NCBI GenBank assembly: GCA_034530875.2
Contig: JAVRCJ020000009.1
Coordinates: 1-64,000, forward strand
Length of the DNA stretch: 64,000 bases
Direction of reading: 5' to 3'
Source: Nostoc sp. DedSLP01
GTDB lineage: Bacteria; Cyanobacteriota; Cyanobacteriia; Cyanobacteriales; Nostocaceae
Numbering within the stretch: position 1 is the first letter of the stretch; the number at the start of each line of letters is the position of its first letter. Below are positions 1 through 9,891 of the stretch, piece by piece. Under the pieces are notes generated by a model. That model worked only from the letters and a program-made list of their open reading frames with translations. It did not search any database and was not told where the DNA came from. Position numbers and translations under genes: made by a program.

Positions 1-140
1 TTGACCTATCTTTTTCTACCGTACAATCGTCACATCTTGATATACCAGTCCTTCCAGACTCCTTGTCACCCCGTCAGCCCAAATGTATTAATAAATGTTG
101 ATTTGATGAAAATTTAAAAATCAAAATTTACTAAATTCCC

Positions 141-166
141 TAGGCGCAGCCCGTCGCAGGCATCGC
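141..166 (+). repeat. Small dispersed repeat (SDR-like), 21-nt core ending on a HIP1 half-site
   Basis: TAGGCGCAGCCCGTCGCAGGC-ATCGC. An inverted copy at 6604-6627 differs at 3 of 24 positions. Confidence 0.6.
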
Positions 167-1013
167 CACGATAAAAAAATTAGAAAATATCTCAAGCTAT
201 TTCGGTATTTTATTTAAAATTTTATACTTCGCTCTATATATACTCAAAGATAACTTTGAAATAATTTTTCAGCTTATAAGAGCAATTAAAGGAAATCAGG
301 CAAAATATTTAATACTTAAAGAGAGATTTTTTAAGCAAATTTATATACATGGTATTTAGAGCTAATTATTTTATTGAGGTTGTTCACTCTCAAAAATTAA
401 TTAAATCTACAAAATTTATGAAAAATTTCTCATATATAGGGGAAATAGAATATAGTTTTCTTGCTAAGATGTGCAATTAAATTGCATAATTTTAGGCAAA
501 AAATTAATTTTGGTCGTTTTGCTCTTGGGCTAGCTTTTAAAGCATAGTGGATAAATTATGTCCTTCCGGAATAAGATACTCCAGATAGTATACTTTATAT
601 AAATTTGAAAAAAGATTTAGTTAACCCCAGATGGAACGATCTATAGAGTTTAGCGTCACTCAATTTTAGAGAAAGTCGATACAATGGCATTTATTATTTT
701 CAGGGTCAGAGAGCCTTTTCAGTGTTTGACAAGCTAAAAAATAGGCATCTACAGGATTCGGCAGTGAATAGCAAAGTAAAATTGACAAAAACACAACTTT
801 AGCACAGTCAATTAGTAAAGGCGATATTATAACAATCCTAAATAGTTGGGATTATTTTAGTTTGGTCACTGACTTTTAACACGCAACTGACATCATAAGT
901 TGTTTACAAATAAATTTTCACAACTAAAATAGATTGCTATATAACTGAAGCTAGTTGGTGCTGTGTAAATCCAACCGTTTACTTTAATTGTCTTATTGAT
1001 GCGAGGAACAATC

Positions 1014-1832
1014 ATGAAATCATTCGTTCGTTGGGGCGCAACATTGGGTATAGCTGGGAGTGTTTTTTTAGGGGGGCTTTCAGGAATAGGCAATCTACCA
1101 GGGCTAGGTAATCTAGAGGCGATCGCTTTACCACAAGATCAGGTAGTGAAAAAGCTACAGGAAGTACCCGTATTCACCCTCACAAATCCTAAAGGCGAAT
1201 TCGTAGTTCTTTCAAGGAATAACCAATCGAAAACCGTCTCTCAAGTGGGATTTTTTATTAGCAAGCAAGATGCCCAAAAATTCCTTGATAATCGCTTGAA
1301 AAAAGAAAATCCTCAACTGGCAAGCACGCTACAAGTAAGACCTTTGTCTTTGGCTGACTATTACAAGATAGTGTTAGAAAGCAAAAAGAAGTCGGATTCA
1401 GTAATTTATACTTTAGTACCGACACAACAACAAGTACAGTCAGCAACAAGTATGCTGAATGCAAGTGGTAAAAAAGTTGAGCAATTCAACGGTATTCCCT
1501 TGTTTGTGCCCAAATTTAAAAAAGATAATAGCTATTTAACCATTCCTGTCGCAAAAAGTAACGAGCGTTATATTCCTTTCTTTTTTGAGAAAGAGCAAGC
1601 AGTAGCTCTGTTAGACGAGTTTAAAAAAGCTGTGCCAAAGGAAGCAGACAACACTGAAATTCAGGTAGTGGATTTGTATGGTGTTATGGAAGCTTTGAAT
1701 ACTAGTAACGATCCAAGTATCAATAAAATTGTTTTATATCCATCGCGGGAGTCCATCAATTTTATTCGATCGCTTGCCCCGAATCAGTCAGCACCTGCCA
1801 AGCCTGCGGCTGCACCGGCTCCAAAAAAATAG
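1014..1832 (+). CDS. Tic22-like periplasmic chaperone
   Basis: Signal peptide, then ALPQDQVVKKLQEVPVFTLTN, FNGIPLF and IPFFFEKEQ motifs typical of cyanobacterial Tic22. ATG at 1014 follows GAGGA. Confidence 0.85.
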   Translation: MKSFVRWGATLGIAGSVFLGGLSGIGNLPGLGNLEAIALPQDQVVKKLQEVPVFTLTNPKGEFVVLSRNNQSKTVSQVGFFISKQDAQKFLDNRLKKENPQLASTLQVRPLSLADYYKIVLESKKKSDSVIYTLVPTQQQVQSATSMLNASGKKVEQFNGIPLFVPKFKKDNSYLTIPVAKSNERYIPFFFEKEQAVALLDEFKKAVPKEADNTEIQVVDLYGVMEALNTSNDPSINKIVLYPSRESINFIRSLAPNQSAPAKPAAAPAPKK

Positions 1833-1855
1833 CTGATACTCTCCAAGGTTGAGGG

Positions 1856-2764
1856 ATGGGGGAGAAACATCTGATAGTTTCTGGTTTACAACTTTGGCAG
1901 TGGCGCAATGCAGCAACTCAAGCAGCGATCGCTGCTGATGTTCCTCCAATGGAGGTAGATTGGCTACTTCAAGAAGTGGCTGGTTTAGATAGATTGGCGC
2001 TGCGTTTGGAGTCTTTTAAAAATTGGCCTCAAATTCAGATGCAATTGTCTCTGGTAGAGTTAGAGCAACTGTGGCAGAGGCGATTAAATGACCGCTTACC
2101 AGTGCAGTACATTGCTGGAACTACACCTTGGCGTCAGTTTAAAATCGCCGTATCGAATGCGGTTTTGATTCCTCGACCAGAAACAGAGTGCTTAATTGAT
2201 TTAGCTGTAGCAGCTGCTAGGAATGCTTCAGGAAACTGGGCAGATTTGGGTACCGGCAGTGGAGCGATCGCTATCGGACTCGCAGATGGCTTGCCAAACG
2301 CAACAATTCATGCTGTAGATTACAGTCCGGAAGCTTTGGCGATCGCTCAAACCAACGCCAATAATTTAGGTCTGGCTGACCGCATTCGATTTTATCAAGG
2401 TTCCTGGTGGGAGCCACTGAAATTTCTCAAAGGGCAATTCAGTGGTATGGTGTCGAATCCCCCTTACATACCCACCAGTACTTTACCTAGTTTGCAACCA
2501 GAAGTAGTTAAGCACGAACCACATCTAGCTTTAGATGGCGGTGCTGATGGTTTAGATTGCATTCGCCATTTGATAGAAAGTTCTCCTCACTATTTGCAAC
2601 CTGGTGGTGTCTGGCTGATTGAAATGATGGCAGGACAGGCAGATGCAGTGCGAGAACTTTTGCAAAATCAAGGAAGCTATTGCAATATTCAAATTCACAG
2701 CGATTTAGCTGGAATTGAACGCTTTGCCCTAGCTTATAGAAGTGGGGAAAAGGGTAAGGGGTAA
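1856..2764 (+). CDS. prmC: Release factor glutamine methyltransferase PrmC/HemK
   Basis: VLIPRPETE, DLGTGSG, SNPPY and ALDGG motifs. Confidence 0.95.
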   Translation: MGEKHLIVSGLQLWQWRNAATQAAIAADVPPMEVDWLLQEVAGLDRLALRLESFKNWPQIQMQLSLVELEQLWQRRLNDRLPVQYIAGTTPWRQFKIAVSNAVLIPRPETECLIDLAVAAARNASGNWADLGTGSGAIAIGLADGLPNATIHAVDYSPEALAIAQTNANNLGLADRIRFYQGSWWEPLKFLKGQFSGMVSNPPYIPTSTLPSLQPEVVKHEPHLALDGGADGLDCIRHLIESSPHYLQPGGVWLIEMMAGQADAVRELLQNQGSYCNIQIHSDLAGIERFALAYRSGEKGKG

Positions 2765-2822
2765 AGGGGAAAGGACTAATAGCAATTCAAAATTCACGCA
2801 TTAAGATTGATAACTGCGCTTT

Positions 2823-3308
2823 CTAGCGTTGGGTTGCTGGTGGTTTTGAACGTTCTTGTTGGTAAAAGCGGACAACTTTTTGCAGATAGTCAGCAGTGAA
2901 GCCTTGATTGCAGCCTGTATAGTTACCAGTCATCCACCAACAAGCGACACCACGCACAGATGCAATTTCATTATTGTTGGTAGCGGCGAACTGATTGGTT
3001 AATTCACGGCGGGTAATACAGAATACAACCGAACGAACAAGCACGGGGCTGCTTTCAAATTGTGTCGGTGTTAGTTCTCGTTTGAGACAAGTTCTTGACC
3101 AGCCTTTGAGGGTTTCCGGTTTCACTTGCCACTCGCTGTAAAGTCCATCGTTGGGATTTTTGGTTTGTGGTGAAGCTTGTCGCAATGCTTCTACCATTGC
3201 TGCAACTTGGGCACTAGAAACCGACTGCTGTGCTTGAGCTAATGATGATAATAGTCCTAAGCTGACAATAACTCCACTCAGTAGTAATTGTATGGGATTT
3301 TTTTTCAT
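2823..3308 (-). CDS. Hypothetical secreted protein
   Basis: 161-aa ORF with a signal peptide (AQA cleavage site) and four Cys. Confidence 0.7.
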   Translation of the reverse strand: MKKNPIQLLLSGVIVSLGLLSSLAQAQQSVSSAQVAAMVEALRQASPQTKNPNDGLYSEWQVKPETLKGWSRTCLKRELTPTQFESSPVLVRSVVFCITRRELTNQFAATNNNEIASVRGVACWWMTGNYTGCNQGFTADYLQKVVRFYQQERSKPPATQR

Positions 3309-3331
3309 GAAGAATGCAATTTCGCATGGAA

Positions 3332-4714
3332 TCAGATATTAACTAGATTTTCTACAGTATCGGCATCATTCGGTAAGGCAACTGTTAAAACTTCGCTACC
3401 TTCTGTAGTCACTAAAATATCATCTTCGATGCGGATTCCGCGGACATCAGCAAATTCTGATAACCGCTGCCAATTGACGACATTTTGATATTTTGAGCGT
3501 ACACTGGTATCATTTAAAATTGCTGGCACTTGGTAAAAACCAGGCTCAATTGTAACTAGCATTCCTGGACGCAAAGGACGGTTTAAACGTAAGTAACCTA
3601 AACCAAAGCGATCGCTCCTAGTTCTCCCTTCTTCATATCCTGCTAAATCGCCTAAATCTTCCATATCATGGACATCTAAACCCAATAGATGACCGATACC
3701 GTGGGGAAAAAACAGCGCGTGAGCATCCATTGCGACTAAATCTTCGGAATTTCCTTTTAGGATTCCTAAATCCACTAAACCTTCAGCTATGACTGTGGCA
3801 GCGAGTAAATGAATATCCCCATACTCTACACCAGGAGATATTTTCGCAATGCAAGCATCATGGGCTGCCAAGACAACATTATAAATATCTCTTTGGGTGG
3901 ATGAAAACTTGCCAGAAACCGGCAAGGTGCGAGTTACATCAGCAGCCCAACCAGTTCCGGTTTCAGCACCGACATCAGCAAGCAGTAAATCACCCGATCG
4001 CAAATTATGGTGATATTGTTCGTTATGCAATACTTCGCCGCAAACGGTGACAATGCTGTTATAGGAAGTGGTCATATTGTGAGCAATAATTACCCCTTCC
4101 ATTGCGGCCCGAACTTCTGCTTCCAATTTGGCTTGGGGTGTTGCAGCCATACCAGCTTTGTGTGCTTCGACAGTGACAGCCGCAGCTTTTCGCAACTCGA
4201 CTAGTGCAGCTTCATCGTGGGTAAGACGTAGAGAAACGATCGCCTTAACTAACTCGAAATCGATTCCTTGGGCGGGACTTTGGGGTAAAATCCATCTATT
4301 CAATAGCTGTGATTGCTGCGTCCAAGTAGCAGCATCTTGTACGGCGATGGTGGCCGCACCTTCTAACCAAGACCCTAATTCTGTCATTGGTCGAGCCACA
4401 TCTGCCCCAATTTTCTCGGCTATTTCCTCCCGCGTTGGCATTTCTCCATGCCAAAGGGCGCTGCTGGGTGAAGGATCTTCCATGAATAATTCTAGTTTGC
4501 CCGCTTCTAGACGAATTGCCGCATTTGATAATGGCAGTCCTGCAAAGTAGAGGAAATGGCTGCTAGCCCGAAAAGGAAAATGATTTGCTGGGAAGTTACG
4601 CGGGCTGTTGCTACCTGACCATAGAATTGCGGGAAAATTAATCAGGTTGGCTAGTTTTTGCCGTCGCTGGCGTAAAGTATCAACCAGAGAAGTAGAAATT
4701 TGTTGAATAAGCAT
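3332..4714 (-). CDS. pepP: Xaa-Pro aminopeptidase (M24B, aminopeptidase P family)
   Basis: DVG..ADVTRT, FPHGIGHLLGLDVHD, TIEPGFY and GIRIEDD metal-ligand motifs. Confidence 0.92.
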   Translation of the reverse strand: MLIQQISTSLVDTLRQRRQKLANLINFPAILWSGSNSPRNFPANHFPFRASSHFLYFAGLPLSNAAIRLEAGKLELFMEDPSPSSALWHGEMPTREEIAEKIGADVARPMTELGSWLEGAATIAVQDAATWTQQSQLLNRWILPQSPAQGIDFELVKAIVSLRLTHDEAALVELRKAAAVTVEAHKAGMAATPQAKLEAEVRAAMEGVIIAHNMTTSYNSIVTVCGEVLHNEQYHHNLRSGDLLLADVGAETGTGWAADVTRTLPVSGKFSSTQRDIYNVVLAAHDACIAKISPGVEYGDIHLLAATVIAEGLVDLGILKGNSEDLVAMDAHALFFPHGIGHLLGLDVHDMEDLGDLAGYEEGRTRSDRFGLGYLRLNRPLRPGMLVTIEPGFYQVPAILNDTSVRSKYQNVVNWQRLSEFADVRGIRIEDDILVTTEGSEVLTVALPNDADTVENLVNI

Positions 4715-4746
4715 AAATAAAAACTCAAAAAAAAGATAAAGGTTAT

Positions 4747-5013
4747 TTAGTCTTTATCATCACCGTCTTTCTCACCACCATCTTTATCGTTATTGTCTGC
4801 ATCGTCGTTATCATCTAGTTTATCGTCGTTATCCTTGTCATTTGAGTTTGGCCGATCGGGTTGCAGGACTGGTTTTTGTTGTTCAATTGGAGTAAGTGGC
4901 TTCGGTGCTTGGACAACACAGCTAACTAATCCTCCACAAATTAGCACTAAGTTGACACTAGCAAAAATAACTTTGAAGATTTTTAGCTTCATGCTTACAT
5001 TTGATGCTTTCAT
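4747..5013 (-). CDS. Small putative lipoprotein with an Asp/Asn/Lys-rich tail
   Basis: Basic N-terminus, hydrophobic stretch, LVSC lipobox and D-rich C-terminus. The start is uncertain (5013 or 4992). Confidence 0.55.
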   Translation of the reverse strand: MKASNVSMKLKIFKVIFASVNLVLICGGLVSCVVQAPKPLTPIEQQKPVLQPDRPNSNDKDNDDKLDDNDDADNNDKDGGEKDGDDKD

Positions 5014-5239
5014 GAATACATCCTTTGCAGATAATACTATTATTGATTCGGAATTGAGAGGTGAAAGTGTATTATGACGTAAGCCTTCGCGTTTTTCTCC
5101 CAAACAAGTAATCATTCAAAAATGTACATTGTTTAAATAGACCCGATTGAATATATCAGTAAAAGTTATCTAGAATCTATCTTTTAAAAGACTAAATTTT
5201 GTTTTCCATAGAGATTGATACTACCTAGAGATAAATTTT

Positions 5240-6040
5240 ATGGTGCAAATCATTACTCAGGTTGATGCTTTCACAAATACACCGTTTACAGGTAATCCTG
5301 CTGGTGTTTGCGTTTTGTCTAACTCCCAAGATGATATTTGGATGCAAAATGTGGCGCAGGAAATGAATTTATCTGAAACAGCTTTTTTAGTCAAACAAGA
5401 TGATGGCTTTAATTTGCGGTGGTTTACGCCGGCGGTGGAAGTACCGCTTTGCGGTCATGCAACTTTAGCTAGCGCTCATGTACTTTGGTCAGAAGGACAT
5501 TTGCCACCAAACGAAGTTGCACGTTTTTATACCAAAAGTGGAGTACTTATTGCTAAGTTACAAGGTGAGTGGATTGAGTTAGATTTTCCCGTGAATCGCT
5601 CAAAAACAACGATCGCTCCTCCAGAACTCAGCCAAGCTTTGGGCGTACCATACAAATCTGTATTGCAAAATTCGCTAGGCTATTTAGTGGAACTAGAATC
5701 TGAAGAATTGGTGCGGCAAATACAGCCTAATTTTCAGCTACTAAAAACATTGCCTGTAGCTGATGTTATTGTTACCAGTATTGCTAATTCTAATTCCGAA
5801 TATGATTTCGTTTCGCGCTTTTTTGCACCAGGATTAGGTATTAATGAAGACCCAGTGACGGGGGCGGCTCATTGTTGTCTTGCTTCCTTCTGGCGCGATC
5901 GCCTGCATAAAGATCGCTTTTTAGCTTATCAAGCTTCGAGTCGCGGTGGCGTGGTGAAAGTATATTATGATGGGGGCGATCGCGTTTTACTTGGCGGACA
6001 AGCGGTAACTGTTTTGCGAGGTGAATTAATTACTGCTTAA
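5240..6040 (+). CDS. PhzF-family isomerase
   Basis: QVDAFT..GNPA, NLSETAF, EVPLCGHAT and EDPVTG motifs. Confidence 0.93.
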   Translation: MVQIITQVDAFTNTPFTGNPAGVCVLSNSQDDIWMQNVAQEMNLSETAFLVKQDDGFNLRWFTPAVEVPLCGHATLASAHVLWSEGHLPPNEVARFYTKSGVLIAKLQGEWIELDFPVNRSKTTIAPPELSQALGVPYKSVLQNSLGYLVELESEELVRQIQPNFQLLKTLPVADVIVTSIANSNSEYDFVSRFFAPGLGINEDPVTGAAHCCLASFWRDRLHKDRFLAYQASSRGGVVKVYYDGGDRVLLGGQAVTVLRGELITA

Positions 6041-6047
6041 ATTTAGC

Positions 6048-6512
6048 CTAGAAATTAATCGCATCGGGCAAAAATTCAGCATCAAGAATTTGGGCAATAG
6101 AATAAGGACATTCTGCTGGGAAGGTAGCTATTGATAATTTAGTTTCATTGCTAGCAGCTTTTAAACCGCGGTGGTAGCACTGGGCTAAAACTTCTTCTGG
6201 ATATGACTTGAGGCTGGGACTCTCTTGCAGCAAATCTGTAATTCGGTTGCGTTGTTCGTCAATCGTATTTTGCCAGGAACCACTTTGCAAATTAGATTGA
6301 TATTGCCACTTGAGTAAATGTTGTAATAATACCTCCAAGTGGCTTTTCAACTCCCGCCGTTCTAACCGTCCCAAGCTTTCAATCTCCTCAATCACAGCAT
6401 CCCAGTCTACCCGATCGAATTGTCCGTCACGAATTAGTTGCACAGTCTGTTCTGTCCAGGCTACAAAATCTGTTTCATACAACTGGGCTGCGGTTTTGGG
6501 AATTGGGGTCAT
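6048..6512 (-). CDS. DUF29 family protein
   Basis: LYETDFVAW, IEEIESLG, LLQHLLKWQYQ, SWQNTI and FPAECPYS motifs. Confidence 0.9.
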   Translation of the reverse strand: MTPIPKTAAQLYETDFVAWTEQTVQLIRDGQFDRVDWDAVIEEIESLGRLERRELKSHLEVLLQHLLKWQYQSNLQSGSWQNTIDEQRNRITDLLQESPSLKSYPEEVLAQCYHRGLKAASNETKLSIATFPAECPYSIAQILDAEFLPDAINF

Positions 6513-6603
6513 GAACTTCCTGCAATTTACAGTGGACAAGCTCAATTTGAGATATTTTATCTTATGTTAACGCTAAGGTAGGTAAGCAACGGTTACACAA
6601 GGG

Positions 6604-6627
6604 GATGTCTACGACGGGCTACGCCTA
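6604..6627 (-). repeat. SDR-like small dispersed repeat (second copy)
   Basis: Reverse complement TAGGCGTAGCCCGTCGTAGACATC matches 141-164. Confidence 0.6.
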
Positions 6628-6750
6628 CGGGTTTTGTTTGCCAAACAAGCAGTTGTAGAATTTACTTAACTTTCTAGTTGAACAATATTAATATACTGGC
6701 TTTGGTGTAGCGTAGACTTGCCTTTAGGTATAATTTCGCTGGGTTTATTT

Positions 6751-6860
6751 TTGCAGGGTGATGCATTAACAATGCGAGGCAATGCATTAACATTGCAGGG
6801 CGATGCATTAACATTGCAGGGCGATGCATTAACAGTGCGAGGCGATGCATTAACATTGCA
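6751..6860. repeat. 21-bp tandem repeat, about 5.2 copies
   Basis: Unit TTGCAGGGCGATGCATTAACA with variants, and no unique spacers. Confidence 0.95.
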
Positions 6861-6947
6861 ACAGGTTGTTTTAAAATTGCACGCCAGTACAAAACGCTAA
6901 AAGCGGCTGTCACAATATTTAAATGAGCATATATTTTAGTTTTACAA

Positions 6948-7394
6948 ATGTCCGCTAAACAGAAAAATAATCAAAGCTTTGTCACATCTAGTGACTGGCC
7001 GATTGAGCAATTACCCGGACTCAGCCAAGAAGAACGATCGCAACTGCAAAATTGTGGAATCAATACTACAGTAGCGCTAGCCAAACAAGGAAAAACTCTA
7101 GAAGCAAGGCTAGCGTTAGCCAATAAACTTCAAATCCATGTTCAATACGTGAATAAATGGATGGCTTTAGCTGACTTAGCACGTATTCCCAGCGTGGGAA
7201 CGCAATATTGCGGTTTATTGCTCCATGCGGGTATTGGTTCTGTGGCACAGTTAACTCAGACTCCCACTCACAGATTACACAAACAAATTATGCGCTTGCA
7301 GGTGGCAACAATGCAGCGACGAGATTTGTGTCCAGCGATTGAGTTAGTAGAACGGTGGAGTCAGGAAGCGAGGATGGTGGGGAGTGGGGAGTAG
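6948..7394 (+). CDS. DUF4332 (helix-hairpin-helix) protein
   Basis: IEQLPGL, WMALADLARIPSVG and LLLHAGIGSVAQL motifs. Confidence 0.8.
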   Translation: MSAKQKNNQSFVTSSDWPIEQLPGLSQEERSQLQNCGINTTVALAKQGKTLEARLALANKLQIHVQYVNKWMALADLARIPSVGTQYCGLLLHAGIGSVAQLTQTPTHRLHKQIMRLQVATMQRRDLCPAIELVERWSQEARMVGSGE

Positions 7395-7455
7395 GGAATG
7401 GGGAGATGGGGGGAGAATAACTAATGCCCAGCCCCCAGTGCCCAGCCCCCAGTCA
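7378..7455. repeat. STRR heptamer arrays (GGGGAGT / CCCCAGT-type) between convergent genes
   Basis: A G-rich heptamer run followed by a complementary C-rich run. Confidence 0.8.
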
Positions 7456-8070
7456 CTAATCCTTTGCCAAGACTCCATTGAGGAAGATATCAGCCAGCCC
7501 TTCTGCCATTTGTTGCATTTCTTGGGGTGAGGCGTCTGGTTCCATGAGAGTGTTGTTGGAAAAACCAGCGATCGCAAACATTCCTAAGAAAACTTTGGCG
7601 ACTAGATTGGCATCCATTTGGCGATAAATACCTTTATCCATCGCTGTTTGAAAGAAGGCTTCGGCAACATCGGTCATTTTATTAATGACTTCTAATTGAA
7701 TGCGATCGCGCAAGTCTGGGTGAAATTGGACTTCCATAAAACAAACGCGCATTAAATCGGCATTTTTTTGGAAATTCCACATCCGCCGCCGCATCACTTG
7801 AGCGACTGCTTTATAGCTGCCCATTTCACTTAACTCTGTCAGCAGATCCGTCAAAATCTCCACCCACCCACTTGTGGCTACTTCTACCAAAATTGCTTTT
7901 TTATTGGGAAAATGACGGAACAAAGTGCCTTCAGCCACACCTGCTGCTTGTGCTAAATCGCGGGTGGTAGTGCCATCAAAACCTTGCGAGGCAAACAAAC
8001 GTTGTGCTGCCTGTAAAATCCGGGTGCGCGTCTGAGCCTCTGATGGTGGGGGAGAATTAAAAACTCGCAT
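7456..8070 (-). CDS. TetR/AcrR family transcriptional regulator
   Basis: ILQAAQRLFASQGFDGTTTRDLAQAAGVAEGTLFRHF helix-turn-helix. Confidence 0.93.
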   Translation of the reverse strand: MRVFNSPPPSEAQTRTRILQAAQRLFASQGFDGTTTRDLAQAAGVAEGTLFRHFPNKKAILVEVATSGWVEILTDLLTELSEMGSYKAVAQVMRRRMWNFQKNADLMRVCFMEVQFHPDLRDRIQLEVINKMTDVAEAFFQTAMDKGIYRQMDANLVAKVFLGMFAIAGFSNNTLMEPDASPQEMQQMAEGLADIFLNGVLAKD

Positions 8071-8223
8071 AAATTAGTTATGGTGAAATATCCGGAACAG
8101 GACTTGTAGCATTATTGTCTAACGTCAAGTACAAAAAGCCAAAAAAGCTTAATACAACATTAACGCCCTATTTGCTTAGTAGTGTATTTCTTCGGTAGTG
8201 TAACTTTATCTTAATTTTGGCTT

Positions 8224-9891
8224 ATGAACAAACTCAGCCAATCAGTTTTGAATTTTAGACCGCACTTTTGGTGCGCTAGAAACGTAACATTGATTTTGCA
8301 TTCCTTCACAAAAGTATCGATCGCATTTCGTCGGCTATTTATTTGTCTGTTGGCTGCGATCGCGTTTTTTGGAGGATTGCAGCCAGAAATTGCTCTGGCT
8401 CAAACTCAAACAATAACTCCACCAGCCAAAACTCAAATTCCAGCAGCAAGTTCGATTCAACCTTATTTGGATCGAGTCATGAACCAGTTAACGGAGTTTC
8501 GCCTAGATAATGGTTTGAAATTCATTGTTTTAGAACGACATCAAGCACCTGTAGTTTCTTTTCTTACTTATGCTGATGTCGGTGGTGTAGATGAGCCGGA
8601 TGGAAAAACTGGCGTAGCACACTTTCTAGAACATTTGGCGTTTAAAGGTACGACGCGCATTGGAACGGAAGATTACAAAGCAGAAAAACCGCTACTAGAA
8701 CGCTTGGAACAGTTGGACGCCCAAATTAAAGCTGCAAAAGCTGATGGCAAAAAAGATGAAGTAGCGCGGCTAGAAGCTGAGTTTAAACAAGTGGAATCCC
8801 AAGCGGGTAAGTTAGTCAGGCAAAACGAAATGGGGCGAATTGTAGAACAAGCCGGAGGTGTGGGTTTAAACGCCACCACTTCAACTGAAGCTACACAATA
8901 CTTTTACAGTTTCCCTGCCAATAAGTTAGAACTTTGGATGTCGCTGGAATCGGAACGATTTCTCGACCCTGTAATTCGTCGTGAGTTTTATAAAGAGAAA
9001 GATGTCATTTTAGAGGAGCGACGGATGCGGGTGGATAATTCACCCATTGGCTTGATGGTAGAGAAATTTATCGATACTGCTTATAAAGTCCATCCTTACA
9101 GGCGTCCGGTGATTGGGTACGACAAAGATATCCGCAACTTGACGCCAGAAGATGTGCAAAAGTTTTTTGACGCTTATTATGTACCAAATAATTTAGCGAT
9201 CGCCATTGTTGGAGATGTCAATCCTGCCGAAGTGAAAAAACTGGCACAAACTTATTTTGGACGCTATCAAGCCAAAGCTAAAGGCACTCAAAAAATTTCT
9301 GTGGAACCCCAACAAAAAGAAACAAGGGAAGTTACTTTAGAACTAACTGCCCAACCTTTGTACTTAGAAGGCTATCACCGTCCTGCAATTACTCATCCAG
9401 ATAACGCAGTCTATGAAATCATTGGCAGTTTATTAAGTGATGGGCGCACATCACGGCTGTATAAATCCTTAGTAGAAAAACAGCGTTTGGCGCTCAATGC
9501 CCAAGGTTTCAGCGGTTTTCCTGGAGATAAATACGCGAATTTGATGTTATTTTATGCTCTAACTGCCCCCGGACATACGGTTGATGAATTGGCGATCGCT
9601 TTACGTCAGGAAATTGAAAAATTAAAAACTGAACCTGTAGCGGCGGCTGAGTTAGAACGCGTGAAAACTCAAGCAAGGGCTGATTTATTACGTACTTTGA
9701 AGTCTAATACGGGAATGGCTCAACAATTGTTGGAATATGAAGTCAAAACCGGCTCATGGCGGAACTTATTTAAAGAATTGGATGAAATTGCGGCGGTAAC
9801 TCCTGGTGATATTCAGCGCGTGGCAAAGGCGACGTTTACGCCGGAAAATCGCACGATTGGTAAATTATTGTCGAAGGCGTCAGAGAAATGA
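8224..9891 (+). CDS. M16 zinc peptidase, catalytic subunit
   Basis: HFLEH inverted zinc motif, NATT, EKDVILEERR and an N-terminal signal-like segment. Confidence 0.93.
   Translation: MNKLSQSVLNFRPHFWCARNVTLILHSFTKVSIAFRRLFICLLAAIAFFGGLQPEIALAQTQTITPPAKTQIPAASSIQPYLDRVMNQLTEFRLDNGLKFIVLERHQAPVVSFLTYADVGGVDEPDGKTGVAHFLEHLAFKGTTRIGTEDYKAEKPLLERLEQLDAQIKAAKADGKKDEVARLEAEFKQVESQAGKLVRQNEMGRIVEQAGGVGLNATTSTEATQYFYSFPANKLELWMSLESERFLDPVIRREFYKEKDVILEERRMRVDNSPIGLMVEKFIDTAYKVHPYRRPVIGYDKDIRNLTPEDVQKFFDAYYVPNNLAIAIVGDVNPAEVKKLAQTYFGRYQAKAKGTQKISVEPQQKETREVTLELTAQPLYLEGYHRPAITHPDNAVYEIIGSLLSDGRTSRLYKSLVEKQRLALNAQGFSGFPGDKYANLMLFYALTAPGHTVDELAIALRQEIEKLKTEPVAAAELERVKTQARADLLRTLKSNTGMAQQLLEYEVKTGSWRNLFKELDEIAAVTPGDIQRVAKATFTPENRTIGKLLSKASEK

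Noticed and set aside
1..995. Long AT-rich non-coding region as a possible origin or ncRNA
   Set aside because: No DnaA-box cluster, iterons or recognisable RNA structure. It fits an extended promoter region.
6751..6860. Possible CRISPR array (also 43816-43920)
   Set aside because: The units are contiguous 21-mers with no unique spacers, and there are no cas genes in the window.
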